A stretch of DNA of 64,000 bases from an uncultured Gammaproteobacteria bacterium (GTDB lineage: Bacteria; Patescibacteriota; Microgenomatia; Levybacterales; UBA12049): the NCBI GenBank assembly GCA_964540055.1, contig CAZILC010000006.1, forward strand, positions 8,228 to 72,227. Reading direction: 5' to 3'. The notes under the pieces were generated by a model. That model saw only the letters and a program-made list of their open reading frames with translations. It did not search any database and had not been told where the DNA came from. The position numbers and the translations under genes are program-made. Of the stretch, positions 63,972 through 64,000 are shown one piece after another (within the stretch, counting starts at the first letter, position 1; the number at the start of each line of letters is the position of its first letter).

Positions 63972-64000
63972 TGAGGTGACCAACCACATTCGGGGCAGGC

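Overview
The window is gene-dense: about 70 supported CDS on both strands, usually separated by short gaps or by 1-14 nt overlaps. I recognised no rRNA, tRNA, CRISPR array, transposase, integrase or phage structural gene. GC is low, roughly 35-43% in hand-counted 60-nt samples. The gene content suggests a small-genome, Gram-positive-type bacterium, possibly a Patescibacteria/CPR-like (Microgenomates-like) lineage; this taxonomic call is inference only. That content includes PilN/PilO-like genes, a sortase-type (VPKTG) surface protein, many GT-C membrane glycosyltransferases including a YYY/DUF2298 protein, FemAB, LCP, and several bacterial-PH-domain membrane proteins. Main blocks: (1) 1-4 kb, an EF-G 5' fragment, a Cys/His hydrolase candidate, and pilN-pilO plus two coupled genes. 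(2) 4-21 kb, a glycosylation supercluster (FAD oxidoreductase, four GT-C enzymes, GT4, HAD-like), interrupted at 7.1-12.9 kb by a lower-GC island of orphan genes plus a TPR/TPR-AAA pair and a cyclase. (3) 21-36.9 kb, housekeeping and stress genes (LCP, tpiA, a free-standing LAGLIDADG protein, pcrA, EamA, pdxST, femAB-like, NiSOD sodN-sodX, methyltransferases, zinc-ribbon RNase HI, GNAT, N-domain-less clpB). (4) 36.9-37.4 kb, a 516-bp non-coding region holding a CIRCE-like operator and a candidate structured RNA of about 175 nt. (5) gdh-proBAC, an MscS channel, a P-type ATPase, msrA, a cluster-less MutY-like glycosylase and an EEP nuclease. (6) 48.4-56.1 kb, a trpR(YerC)-like gene followed by trpEGDCFBA-trpS on the minus strand. 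(7) 56-64 kb, an RsmB-like methyltransferase, a metzincin, membrane proteins, an EXLDI-family protein, and a membrane-anchored VirD4/HerA-like ATPase module with higher GC. Most interesting observations: (a) The trp locus combines an E. coli-like TrpR operator built around the -10 box of a leaderless trpR-like gene with what looks like a translation-coupled attenuator. In that attenuator the repressor ORF itself ends in tandem Trp codons, followed by a GAGAGG antiterminator segment and a perfect terminator 15 nt before trpE. (b) Leaderless gene starts are pervasive (extended -10 TGnTAnnnT, then 5-9 nt, then ATG/GTG). (c) There are two unannotated GC-rich structured-RNA candidates whose G-U pairs are strand-specific. 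(d) A roughly 140-175 nt structured intergenic repeat occurs after two GT-C genes. (e) A promoter cassette is duplicated in the accessory island. All functional calls come from motif recognition by eye; no searches were run.
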